From assembly GCA_910592345.1 (NCBI GenBank), contig CAJVPI010000365.1:1-33048 (forward strand): a stretch of DNA of 33,048 nucleotides, in the 5' to 3' direction. Within the stretch, counting starts at the first letter, position 1; every line of letters begins with the position of its first letter. Source of the stretch: Paraglomus brasilianum. Its lineage: Eukaryota. The position numbers were made by a program, and so were the translations under genes. The notes beneath the pieces are model-generated. The model ran no database searches. It saw nothing but the letters and a program-made list of their open reading frames with translations, and was not told the DNA's origin. Shown here in pieces: positions 11,958-23,646 of this stretch.

Positions 11958-13229
11958 AATTCATAGTATTTCACATAGTTAATTCCAGTATTAATATTGT
12001 TGATTAGATAGAAAATTAAGTGCCGATTAATAAACGAATACTATACCTACTTAGACATTTGATAACTATTAGAAAATATCACGTAAATATTACGTTATTA
12101 CAATCAAATGTCAGGATATAACTGACATTTAATTCTAATAAAGTAATACATAGCCACCTGGACTTAATTTCTATATATTGACTCTATCATCAATTTCTTC
12201 TCGAGTTATAAACATCCATCTACATTACTCCAATAAAAAATATTGGTAATGCCTATTCACGTCGATAAACTTTTTCTGGTATCATGTGACTAACAATATG
12301 TTTCTTCAACAAGGTTGCATACCTGTACTTCTTCCTGACCCCCCTTTTCTTTGAGGGCAGGCTTTGCTATTTACATTTCCAGCTATTACATCGATTAAGA
12401 TACTTATCCCACCAGAATGTTTATAAAAATAAAGGCGATAGGTACACGACTTTGCTTTTTGTTGATAGCATCGTTGTATCCGTTTTGGTTGTTTGTTTAC
12501 TATAGCAGTCGCAGATTTAAATATAAACGCAAATTTTATATGAACTTGCCAAGTCTCTTTGAATTGGAATTATAATCATTACACGACATCTGAAGAATTG
12601 AAGACTATGCAGCGACGTACTTATCCATCGCAACCTTAACATTGGGCACGTAATTACTTGCACTACGATTAGAATAAATTTGGGAGGTTTCTCTGACGAA
12701 AACCGCAATTCAAATGTAATTTGTTTTCAACAGCAAACATAAATCACGTCTTGAAATCTCGTCTTTCGCGGCGAGTCCGTCTAGATCTTAACCTGATGGA
12801 AATGTCTGGGCTTTTTGAAGCGTATTGAAAATGTCTTTTTCTTTTCTTTTTTTTCTAGGGAGAAATGGGCAAGTCTCGAAAAAGATCATAGTTAATAGCA
12901 TTAGCAGCATGAGCTCAAGCATGAAGCTGAAGGATAAATATTGTAATTTGTAGCCATACTACTTGCCTTTATTAAAATTTTATTGTCTTATCTTGCAAAC
13001 TGGACTTATTTATATCCGAAAAATCGACTGATATTACTTTTGTGCTTTCAATAAACAGTCACTTTATGCGACTTTGTTTTACTATACTGGGGGGTACTAA
13101 AGGGTACTAGAACTAGTGCAGTGCGGTACACGTAAGATCATATATTTGTATCAATAGAAAATTCACATAAACTACAATTTCACATAATCGGGAAAAGAAA
13201 TTGTCTGCCTCCACTTTTATTTATCTACG

Positions 13230-14217
13230 GAATACAATTCCCACGAAGAAAAAAACAGAAAGGCAATTAGTGACGGGTCGATGAAGAAAATGTGAAACTG
13301 GGCAAAGGATATAATAAGAACAATTTTATAGCAGCGAGGGTAATATTATCGATAATAATAACAACATAGCGAAGATAGTAAACCTTAGACTTCGCACCGG
13401 AGTGACCAAAGAGAATGTCAATGTTTCTATGTAATCACTCCATATTATTGCTCGCTTTTGTAAAATTACGTTCACGAACTCTGATTATTGATCGCGCATT
13501 ACTAGTCCGAATTTTATAAATAGTCAAGATTGTTTTAATATTATGATATGCTAAAGTAGTAAAATTTTTAATCACATTTTCTAAATTAAGCGAAGATGAC
13601 ATAAACGCCACAACAATACAATGAATAATTGTCGTAAATAGTTGCTCGACATTCCTGAAGAATATTATTTATGAAGTTCCCGACAACGACCACGAACTTG
13701 TATATCTCTCTAAGGATACTGATCAAGCGATTACGGATGTAGACGACATAGACGATAGTGAGGAAAGTCCTGCTAGCACAGCAATTGCTAGCTTGGAAAT
13801 AGTATGAGCCTTTCTTTTACAACAAGACAATGCGGAAAATTATAATCTCTTTACAAAATATTGAGTTTGTTGAAGTCAGCTCAATGTGTCAAACTAACAT
13901 TGACACATATTTTTCTTAAAGTGTAATCTGATTTCAATGTGATAGTATAATTTTGATAATAAGATAATGAAGAGAAAGGAGAGGCAATCATTTCGTCGAC
14001 AATCATTTCACCGACAAATCTTCACCAACATTATTTCGAAGTTATCCTTTTTTTGTAGTTAATTGTCGGTGAAATGTACCGTCGGTGAAATGAAATAATA
14101 CGGACCCAGAGAAAGTGCTAGTCAACAGTTTTCTGGTTTTCTATTGTTGTTCTATAAGTGCACATCCTCCCCAAATGTCGAGTCCCGAGAGCATGCACTT
14201 ATAGAGGTGCCACTGTA
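13230..14217 (+). mobile_element. pogo/Tigger (CENP-B-like) DNA transposon remnant, internally deleted; right TIR at about 14151-14215
   Basis: 13640-13919 reads LDIPEE/IYEVPDNDHELVYL...DDSEE...AIASLEIV*AFLLQQDNAE...SSMCQTNIDTYFS*, the acidic C-terminus ending in the QxxIxxYF PIP-box-like motif of pogo transposases. The right end, read on the minus strand, is TA-CAGTGGCACCTCTATAAGTGCA, a pogo-type TIR next to TA. Left boundary approximate. Confidence 0.6.
13979..14107. mobile_element. MITE (family 1), nested in the pogo remnant, with an 8-bp TSD
   Basis: CATTTCACCGAC-type motif twice at the left end and inverted twice at the right end; flanked by the exact direct repeat AGAGAAAG (13971-13978 and 14108-14115). 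Confidence 0.75.
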
Positions 14218-14351
14218 GTTTAATTGATTTTCATCAAACATGTGTCATTTCTTGCATCTGGTATATTTTAGATTCTGATTATTAATAAACCATTGGTATC
14301 TCTGTTTTAATTTACAGGTCTGATAAAAAATTAAAGCAATTAAAAATAAAA

Positions 14352-14610
14352 ATGGCAAAACAATTAAACTTACTCAAAAAATCTAGTTTAAAGGTCAAGC
14401 ATGCTTTTTTGGTGCAGAAGCAGCCTACTAGTAGTAGAATAGAACAATCAGAGAAATTACCTGTATCAAAAATACAAGGGTTAATTAAGACTTTGTTGAA
14501 GCTACTACTGAACCGGGAGATTCAATTATAGATCCGGGGTGCTGGAAGTCTTATCATGCTAGAGGCTGCCACGAAACTAAGTGGAAAATTTTTTTGTTGT
14601 AATTTAATTT
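14352..14610 (+). pseudogene. bacterial-type N4/N6 DNA methyltransferase fragment (internally deleted, two frameshifts), probably endobacterium-derived
   Basis: Joined frames: MAKQLNLLKK...FLVQKQPTSS...GLIKTL/VEATTEPGDSIIDP/GAGSLIMLEAATKLSGKFFCCNL, matching the beta-class MTase SAM-binding C-terminus (LI..LI...T..GD.V.DP.AGS.....A...L.R.F.G.DL). Intronless and very AT-rich. Confidence 0.65.
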
Positions 14611-15720
14611 TTATGAAAAATAATAATATTAAGCAACCAAAGCAATTTAATCAGTTCTGTTTGAATTGCTCTAAATTGGTTTAATTTTAAGAGTTTGATG
14701 GAATAGTTTGTTGGCTTTGCAGCTTTTAACTCTTTTTGTAAGAGTTTAGTTGATTTTATAAGTTTACAATACCATGGATACTATATTTGTACAAGCTCCG
14801 CAGGCATTGCCCATACTTGTCAATAGAAAAAGCAGACTTACCGAGACTAGGTTTATTCATAAAAAAGTAAAATGACGTTCAATGTTCGCTTTGTCTGGTT
14901 TTGCAGCCCGCCCCATATATAACAATTTTGAGATCAAAGCTTATACATCCTTATTTACGGATGTGCAAGCGCTGACATGTAAAAAGGTGTTTTGGCGACG
15001 TGGGAAAAGTGAATGCTGTACACGATAATCTAATATACTGTAACTATTGTTACCACTAGTCGTTATTACTATTACATAATCTTGATTTTAAATATCAAAG
15101 CCTTTATCCTCCAACGCGCAGTAAATCGAGTAAAAAGTTTTCATTTCCAACTCTATCTCAAGTTTTATGGCTGTACTCACAACGCTGTAATTGTGATACC
15201 TGCGAGAAGGTGCATCTCAGGTAGGCAGAAATTGTGAAAAATTTATCAACCCAACTTAACTAGTATTCTCGATGTTTAGATCAACTTCCCGAATTTCTGC
15301 GAGATCCGTACATTGCTACGCTTGCCACTAATCGTCATACGGAGTCCCCGGTCAAACAAAGGATGCCATTATTGCAAACATTGAAGTAGCTGGGGCTAGA
15401 AATTATGATAACACGGTCTTTGACTTTTCTGATTGCAGTGACTTGTCGCCTGGCTCCCTGCTTGGTGAGAAAATTTCTTGTTTTTTTTTTCTTTTCTTCA
15501 TCAGCTAACTTTTTTTGTTTGTTAAGGACTCGGTAACAAGCTGGATTGCCCAATGATTGCCATACAACACACCGAGTCATTAGACAAGGATCGAAATTGA
15601 ACCACATTATCATGTCTTTAATACTCCAAGATAAAAAATCACATAAAGTTTGGTCAACACGTTTATTACAAACTGAGTTTTCGCTGTTTTAGTAAACTCA
15701 AAGGGACTTTTCATCAGCAG

Positions 15721-17117
15721 TTAAGTAAAAAGTATCGCCTCCTCAGGATCGGGATAGAAAAAAATTGCTATAATGATGATAGCGTATGTCGCGACACCGT
15801 TCGACCAATTAGATTTACCATTCTATCAACAAAAAAAAATTATTGTTGTATTTGTTGTAAATAAATAATCAAGTATTCCGTAATCAATTCACCCACCTGA
15901 ATTAAGGAATTCAGAATCAACACCAAAACAAACAATGTCAATGTTTTGAACACTTCGAAAAATAAATTCATTATCATCGACTGATTCATGATACCCCAAC
16001 CAAGCACAACCAAGAATGGAATAACAAACAAAGCAATTTGCAGTGAACGTGCTACAGTAGTATTAATAACCGACTGCAGTTCATGTTTCATAGCAACAGT
16101 AGTAGTTGTCACGCATTCTGCACCCTTACTAACTAAAGGGAATAGTATCAGACCAAGGAATGTTCTGGTGATCCCTAGAAACTCCATGGGATCTTTTACT
16201 GAGGATACAAGAAATTCACCACATATGCCGACTATGGCGGTGACCACGACCAGGACGGTGAAGGAAATAGTAAGGGTGGGTTCAGGTTCTTGATCTTCCT
16301 CGGTGACGTACAATTCAGCGTGAGTTTTAAACTATGGTAAACAAATTCGATTGTGTGGAGGGGGTGAAGCATAGTTAATCGCATATCCAATTATGAGTTT
16401 TCTTGCCACTCAATAGTTGCCCATAAAAAATTAAATGTTTAAATTGTTTTTACCTGGAATAGCAAATACAGTCCATAGACAATCAACAGGACTATCTCCA
16501 TATAGTGATTCAGGTACACTATGTGTATTCCTATTCCGTAATCAACACTGGACACGGTAGGAACAATCAGTGAACTACATGCCAATGTCATCAAGCTAGC
16601 ATTTGTCTGTGCTGCTTCCTCATTGAATTCCTGTATGTGATACTTTAAACCACCAGCAAGAAAACTACAAGATATAATATTGCCCATCACGGATGCTTGG
16701 ACGACTCGGACTTCTCCTTGTTTAAGAGCAATACATGCAAGAATAAGTTCAACTAAGTTGCCAAATGTTGCATTCAGGAAAACACCCACAGCCTATCGTT
16801 AGTAAACGGATAGTTTAGAACATGCCCATCAAATTCGAAACAGAACACCTTTAGCGTTCAATCGTAGGTGTTGACAATACAGAACGCAAAACTCCATCAA
16901 ATTCGAAACCAATAAAAGTAATCTATACCTGTCCAGCACGACGAGAGATGTCTTCTGTGACACATTCAAGTAATTTTGCAAGTAGAATAATAGCAAAAAA
17001 GTTTAACAGAAATACCGCAATATTACCCCACTTCAAGAAGTGGGCCAAAAACCCTAATGGAATTAATATCAATAATACATTTAACCACGACGCTGTTACT
17101 ATTTTTAACAAAGGCAT
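15721..17117 (-). CDS. CAX/VCX1-family Ca2+/H+ exchanger paralogue A, 354 aa, divergent (possibly decaying); exons 17117-16929, 16792-16454, 16331-15897, 15822-15721
   Basis: WLNVLL, NATFGNLVE, QIALFVIPFLVVLGW and GKSNW motifs. Four phase-0 exons give an open frame, but the NLLLVLG segment of the alpha-1 repeat is missing. Confidence 0.8.
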
Positions 17118-17611
17118 CTCAATATAGTATATTTGTAGAAATTAATATGTACAAGTCGATGTTTATTTTATGATGTATAGTCAAGGCCATCCTTAAATAT
17201 TAGATAGAGATCATTATCATGCGTTTATGGACTTATAATAGGACATACGTGATACAGTGTTTGTACTTGCTTTGTTTCTACGTTTGCGTCACTATCGCTA
17301 TTACGTTTGAATCTTGTCGTATCGCGCTAGATTTAAACTGTCAGTCTATTAGCATATGCATAAGAATTTTATGTTATTCAAAGGAAAAATGATGAAGATG
17401 GCATTTAAAGTTTCGTTTTACGGAAATGTCTTTTCTTTCATGTCTCGATTGTTAAGACCTTGTTTTGAAAGCATTCTACATGCATTGGAATGTTTTGTTC
17501 CCATAATCCTTACTATTACAAAGTGGTAATTATATGGCAAAGATTTCTTTCAACTTTGAACTACAATTTGAGAACATCTACCTCCGTTTGCTATTTACTG
17601 GACAATGCAAT

Positions 17612-17875
17612 TACAGTCAAACCTCGGAAAACTGATGTGGCTGTCCTCACCTTTTTCTATCGGTTTTCCGAGATATTGGTTTTGCGAGATGGGAATGACT
17701 AATCACAGATATTTGATGCGTACATGTACCTTATATATCGGCTTATCGAGGCTCAGTCTATTATGGCTATCGCCAAAAAAAAATCGGTTTATCAGGTTTG
17801 CGAGATTTGTATCTAATATGTGTTTTACGAGTTGTCTCAGTTTTGAGCAAGTATCGGTTTTCCGAGGTATACTAA
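17612..17875. mobile_element. Tc1/pogo-type MITE (family 2) between the CAX copies
   Basis: Left end TA-CAGTCAAACCTCGGAAAACTGAT; inverted right end ATCGGTTTTCCGAGGTATACT; several internal ATCGGTTTTCCGAG-like subterminal repeats. Confidence 0.7.
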
Positions 17876-18121
17876 ATCAACAACTCAATTTTTATACAAT
17901 GTCAAGAAAGACCATCACATATGCCTGTTTTGTTTAGCTGTCTGCACCACATGAACGAGGTGTTCCAACACATGTCATAAAGACAAATGTGAAATAAAAA
18001 AGACGGGGTGAATCGAAGAGTGTGAAGATATTATGGAGATACCAGTCAAAAATTCAAGGTCTTGCCGCTTTGGGTGAATAGACTCGTAAATAGATATGTC
18101 TTGGATGCAGCACACCCCATT

Positions 18122-19513
18122 TTATGGTGCCTCAGAAACAGGATCGGGATAGAAAAAAAATGCTATAGTGATGATGGCGTATGTCACGAGAAGTAATACA
18201 CCGTTCAACCAATTAGATTTACCATTCTATCAACAAAAAAAAATTATTGTTGTATTTGTTGTAAATAAATAATCAAGTATTCCGTAATCAATTCACCCAC
18301 CTGAATTAAGGAATTCAGAATCAACACCGAAACAAACAACGTCGATGTTTCGAACACTTCGAAAAATAAAGTCATCGGCTGATCGATACTCCAACCAAGC
18401 ACAACCAAGAATGGAGTAACAAACAAAGCAATTTGCTGTGAGCGTGCTACAGTAGTATTGATAACCGACTGCAGTTCATTTTTCATAGCAACAGTAGTAG
18501 CTGTCACGCATTCTGCACCCTTACTAATTAAAGGGAATAGTGTCAGACCAAGGAATGTTCTGGTGATCCCTAGAGACTTCATGGGATCTTTTAATGAGGA
18601 TACAAGAAATTCACCACATATGCCGACTGTGGCGGTGACCACGACCAGGACGGTGAAGGAAATAGTAAGGGTGAGTTCAGGTTCTTGATCTTCCTCGGTG
18701 GCATACAATTCAGCGTGAGTTTTAAACTATGGTAAACAAATTCGATTGTGTGGAGGGGGTGAAGCATAGTTAATCGCATATCCAATTATGAGTTTTCTTG
18801 CCACTCAATAGCTGTCCATAAAAAATTAAATGTTTAAATTGTTCTTACCTGGCATAGCAAATACAGTCCATAGACAATCAACAGGACTATTGCCGTAGAA
18901 TGACTCAGGTTTATTATTTCGTAATCTTGTATCGCTGGAATGGAAACAATGAACGCTGCAGGAACAATCAATGAACTACACGCCAATGTTATCAAGCCAA
19001 CATTTGTTTGTGCCGCTTCCTTATTGAATTCCTGTATGTGATACTTTAAACCACCAGCAAGAAAACTACTCCCCAAGACAAGAAGCAGATTCGATATAAT
19101 ATTGCCCATCACGGATGCTTGAACGACTCGGATTTCTCCTTGTTTAAGAGCAATACACAGAAGAACAAGTTCAACTAAGTTGCCAAATGTTGCATCCAGG
19201 AAAGCACCCACAGCCTATCGTTAGTAAACGGATAGTTTAAAACATGTCCATCAAATTCGAAACAAATAAAAGTAATCTATACCTGTCCAGCACGACGAGA
19301 GATGTCTTCTGTGACACATTCAAGTAATTTTGCAAGTGGAATAATAGCAAAAAAGTTTAGCAGAAATACCGCAATATTACCCCACTTTAAGAAGTGAGCC
19401 AAAAACCCTAAAGGAATGAATATCAATAACACATTTAACCACGACACTTTTACTATTTTTAACAAAGACTGCCGTGTCGTGGGCTCAATGCTTTTGTGAA
19501 CGTGCGAAGACAT
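18122..19513 (-). CDS. VCX1: CAX/VCX1-family vacuolar-type Ca2+/H+ exchanger paralogue B, 375 aa; exons 19513-19283, 19214-18849, 18726-18301, 18226-18122
   Basis: ATFGNLVE...GNIISNLLLVLG (alpha-1), QFKTHAELY, GLTLFPLISKGAEC...QIALFVTPFLVVLGW (alpha-2), GKSNWLNGVLLLVTYAII...FFFYP. All introns are GT-AG, phase 0, and the frame is intact. Confidence 0.9.
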
Positions 19514-20479
19514 CTCAATATAGTATAATTGTAGAAATTAATATGTACAAGTCGATATTTGTTTTATGATGTATAGTCAAGGCCATCCTTAAGATTGGGT
19601 TGGGTTAAAGATTAGATAGAGATCATGCGTATTAGGAATAAACTTGATATACGTGATACAGTGTTTGTACTTTCTTTGTTTCTACGTTTGCGTCACTATC
19701 GCTATTACGTTTGAATCTATGCTTGTTTGTCGTATCACGCTAGATTCTTTCTCTCTTTGTTTATTTATGAACTAAGAATGCATGTACACCACAGCTGCTA
19801 TCATCCGGTCTAAAATATTACTAATTAAACTATCTTTCGTACTTCTGGGATTTATAGATGAATCTTCAGTCGTGCGAATGTTGCCGATATCAATACTGTC
19901 AAAGAAGAATTCTATTATGACGCCGCCGGCATTGACAAATAATGTTCAGTTGTCCCGTGCTTTAACGATATTCAGAAATAAAAACCCAACGTACATTTCC
20001 TATATTTTTGCATAATGTTGATGATGCGCCTATTATTCATTCTGATGTTAACATAATGTCTGGGTTACGGATTACAAAATCCGCTGCACAATATAGACGT
20101 ATTACATATTTGCCGTTTTTGGCAAATTGATTGGCAAACCTTTGACAAAATTAGTTTGCTAAAAATAAATTTCCTTTTTTTGTTGAGACGCCTTTGATAA
20201 CTATGACTAGTACTACAGTACTAGCGCTACACATTGTGACGATTTTTTATGGTTATTTTTATTAGCTTAAATTGTTCCCTGAAATGCCATAATTTTTTGC
20301 GCGCCCGGATTTGTTTTTCTAATTTATTCCCATAAAAGACTATTTTGTGCAACTGAAAATACTCGTTTAAGCTTCTTCTTGCTATGTGAATGGTAATAAA
20401 TCTTTATTACATAACTAGCCAAAGCAAAACATTCCGCGATGCATAACTTCTTAAATTAGCATAAACACTCGTGATGCCA

Positions 20480-21003
20480 AGAATCTTTTGAACCTTTTGT
20501 GGAGCCTCAGGTTCTTGCTCACACTCTCTTTTTGAAGGAACTTTGGTAAATAGTACAGAGATGATGCACAGATAATGAGTGGATGATACAGAAGATGGAT
20601 GGAAAAAATATTTATTAGATCTACATGACAGTATTATAGACATGAATATGCTACTCACCAACAGGTATGGATGGAGGCTCAACAATTACATGAAGGTGTT
20701 CTTTGGCAGGTCCATTACTGAAATAGCCTTGATAACTTCTTTGCTGGGAGCAATTTTTGAATGCTTTTTGTGACATTATCTTCAAGCACAAGCTGTTTGA
20801 GCACCTTGTCGACACTGCTGCCAAGGGAAAGCGAGAGTTTCCAGAGAGTGAGCTGGTCGGCATCGATGCTGTGGAAATTACCTCTTTGATTGCTTTCTTT
20901 CGCATGGCAACAGTTTTGGGCTTCGCGATTTCGACAGTGAAAATGCGGTCGACAGGAGGAGTTTCGCCATGAACCAACAATTGAGTAGCATGCCATCTAC
21001 CAT
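20480..21003 (-). pseudogene. Crinkler (CRN) effector-family N-terminal ubiquitin-like domain pseudogene
   Basis: Joined frames MVDGMLLNCW/VHGETPPVDRIFTVEIAKPKTVAMRKKAIKE/NFHSIDADQLTLWKLS...LLPAKKLS/YFSNGPAKEHLHVIVEPP carry the LWK (LFLAK-like) and HLHVIV (HVLV) CRN motifs. Several frameshifts; no C-terminal effector domain. Confidence 0.85.
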
Positions 21004-23646
21004 GTTTGGTTGTCATAAAAGTTGTGTAGTATACGAGTTTGTTTTTAAGACCAGCGCCTTACTAAAAGAAAGCATTCGTCAGTCTGGTTATTAAATCACG
21101 ATACGTGTCCGACACGAGCCATCAGGCCACGGCAGTCACAATTTGTTTAATTTTATTTTGGCTTATGTGGCAGTTCTAATGAGGCATTGGCACAATGCCC
21201 TAGGTTGCGTGAGTGAAGTGTACGTAAACGCAAAGTTTTGGTACACACAGTTGAGCTTGACCTGATACGGAAGAACAGTTGCCGAGCGTAGAGGCTCATC
21301 GAGGTCGTTGTTACGCTTTGGTCCCAGAACGAGCGTTAAAGAACAAAGGGATACGCAATTTGCTTTTTAAGAATACGTGCGCCAAGCCACAAAGTACTGC
21401 GGAATGCGGCTGATATGCAGCTTGTGGCGTAAACAACTCACACAGCAAATTTCTCCGACGATTCTGCAATTCCATTGGTCCAGATTTGTTCGAAAACTTT
21501 GATTGGTTCGTTACAGATAAGCCAGTCACTCCAGTCTTAATTTCATGACCAGAGTTGGGACATTAAAAATGTTACACTTGACGTCGAAAATTTTGGCTCA
21601 ATATCAACTCTCAAAATATTTAGGTATGGCTTTTTCCTCTAATCTAATTAATAGATAAAATCATTCCTGTTTTGTTTTAAACAATAACACTTTTTATAAA
21701 GATTGTTTTCAATAATGGGTTTCATTTGTTTTGTTGTTCTTGAGCTGTCGCCATATCATCTGATGAAGCGTAATCGCCAAATACAAAGAAATTTTTGTGT
21801 ACTTTTCCAAAATGTTACAACCCCCTTTATAAAAAACAATTATTCTAGATTTTCTGTAAGCAGAATGTCATGGCCAATACTTTTTGGTACTTTTAACAAT
21901 TTTTTGTTCGCTTATTTCACACGTCCAAGAACCAACCTAATCAAAAGATTGTGTAGTTGTGTCTATTAATTAGAGATGTTAATAATTTTTACAGACGAAA
22001 TTTTAGGAGAGTAAGAAGAAAAATGTATTATTGAGGTGTAGCTAACATCTCTAGAGGCATAATGTTGGCTTCAAGAAGTGGTTTAAATTTATTACTAATA
22101 ATAGTAATATTTATAAATTAATAAGTTGCGGTACGTTATAATAATAATAATGCTAAATTACAAAACTTCTTTCCAAAATGCGTATCTTAAAGGCCAACGC
22201 CATAATTATATCTTGCAAGGCAGCAAACAAACTAAAAATAATTTATTTTTATTATTAGCTTTCTCTTGGTAGCTGACGTTGACACCCAGTGATTAAATAC
22301 AGGTGATTTACATTTACGTTTAGTTTCACATAATCGATTGTAGAGAAACACTTGCGCATTGATTAGAGTACTTTGGTTACTATTATTAATGCAGTGTCGA
22401 TGATGTCAATATTAAAAGTAGAGTGGTAGCCATATCGGAAGCAGTTACGCTCTTGGATTAGTCGGCTTGTCAAGATTACCGATATTTACGTAAATAAATA
22501 CTAATAACGGAGAATATATGCCGATCAGCCTGTGAAATTATGATATTTATGCATATGATCGCAGTTCATATCGTTAATACTTAACCCTTTCGATGATTAC
22601 AAACTCCATTCTTGTAGAAAAGGGGTCCAAAATTGAATGCACAAGATAGGAGACAGTAATTTGCAAAGTTTATGGGCAACGCACCAAGTAGAGGTTTAAT
22701 CTGCAATGCTTGTCGACTATCAGATGCAACAATTCACAATTATCGATACGATTGGAAGATCACGGCTTTTTCTTGCATGGGGCTACACCTATACGTGAGT
22801 GGACCATCTCACAAAGATGATATTTTCTTGATTTCTCAAGCGGTTTGTCTATTCGACGTTACAAAATCAAATATAAACATAAATATGAAAAGGGTAGGCG
22901 ACACCAAGTACGGTTTCTATGCGAATATGCGATGCGTAAGCAATAACATAAAGCCGGTTAAATACAATCATTGATGTTATATAACGTAGCAATATTCGAT
23001 ATGACTAAAATGTCAAGCTTTAACAATGCTGAGAACGAAAAGTTTGCGACTCAGATCTAACTAAACAAGGAGAGCAACCGTCGGGTTTTTGAAAACAGAG
23101 TTTAACAAATAGATTTGCAAATAGATAAAATGTTTGTTGATAGCCCCTGAAATTTCTATCCGTCTATTTGGGACTGGATCAATAACATCAAACCCCTCTT
23201 ATTATTTATACGGAACACACACTATTTTTAGCACGTTATTTTTAAATACACATTAGTCGAAATATAGAAAGATGTGTTATATATGTGAACAAACAAATTT
23301 TTAACCTTTTGTGCCATCGGCTATGCGTGTAACGCTTATTTGAAATACAAAGACCAGAAAGACACTTGGCAAAATCATTGAGGGGTAATTCAATGGAGGG
23401 CTGAGTCGAGTTGTCTAGTATAAAAAATATTATAAAGCAAAAAACATATATAACTGCAAGGGAAAAAAATACATCTCCGTACAAGAACAGATAAACGGTT
23501 CATCTGTATTTGTATATATTCATTGCAAAAAAACAACTAAAAACCCCGCCTATAGTAGAAATCAATGTCCGTATTCCGATAACGACCTTGATATAATACC
23601 TATAAACTACCTCATTACGATCAACTATTCAGACAAATTTATTTCA

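Larger units (their letters stand above)
15745..19745. repeat. tandem segmental duplication of the CAX gene with introns and about 220 bp upstream (about 15745-17335 versus 18140-19745)
   Basis: Near-identical introns (e.g. ATGGTAAACAAATTCGATTGTGTGGAGGGGGTGAAGC) and upstream sequence (CTTTGTTTCTACGTTTGCGTCACTATCGCTATTACG) in both copies. Confidence 0.95.

Noticed and set aside
19990..20090. FLHNVDDAPIIHSDVNIM, resembling a kinase catalytic loop
   Set aside because: Too short; no other kinase subdomain convincingly present.
20207..20224. Palindrome CTAGTACT-AC-AGTACTAG containing TACAGTA (Tc1-type excision footprint)
   Set aside because: The 7-mer occurs elsewhere in the window, including coding sequence; compatible with chance.
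21540..21960. AT-rich minus-strand stretch with EEKAIP, possibly a transposase relic
   Set aside because: Too degraded to assign.
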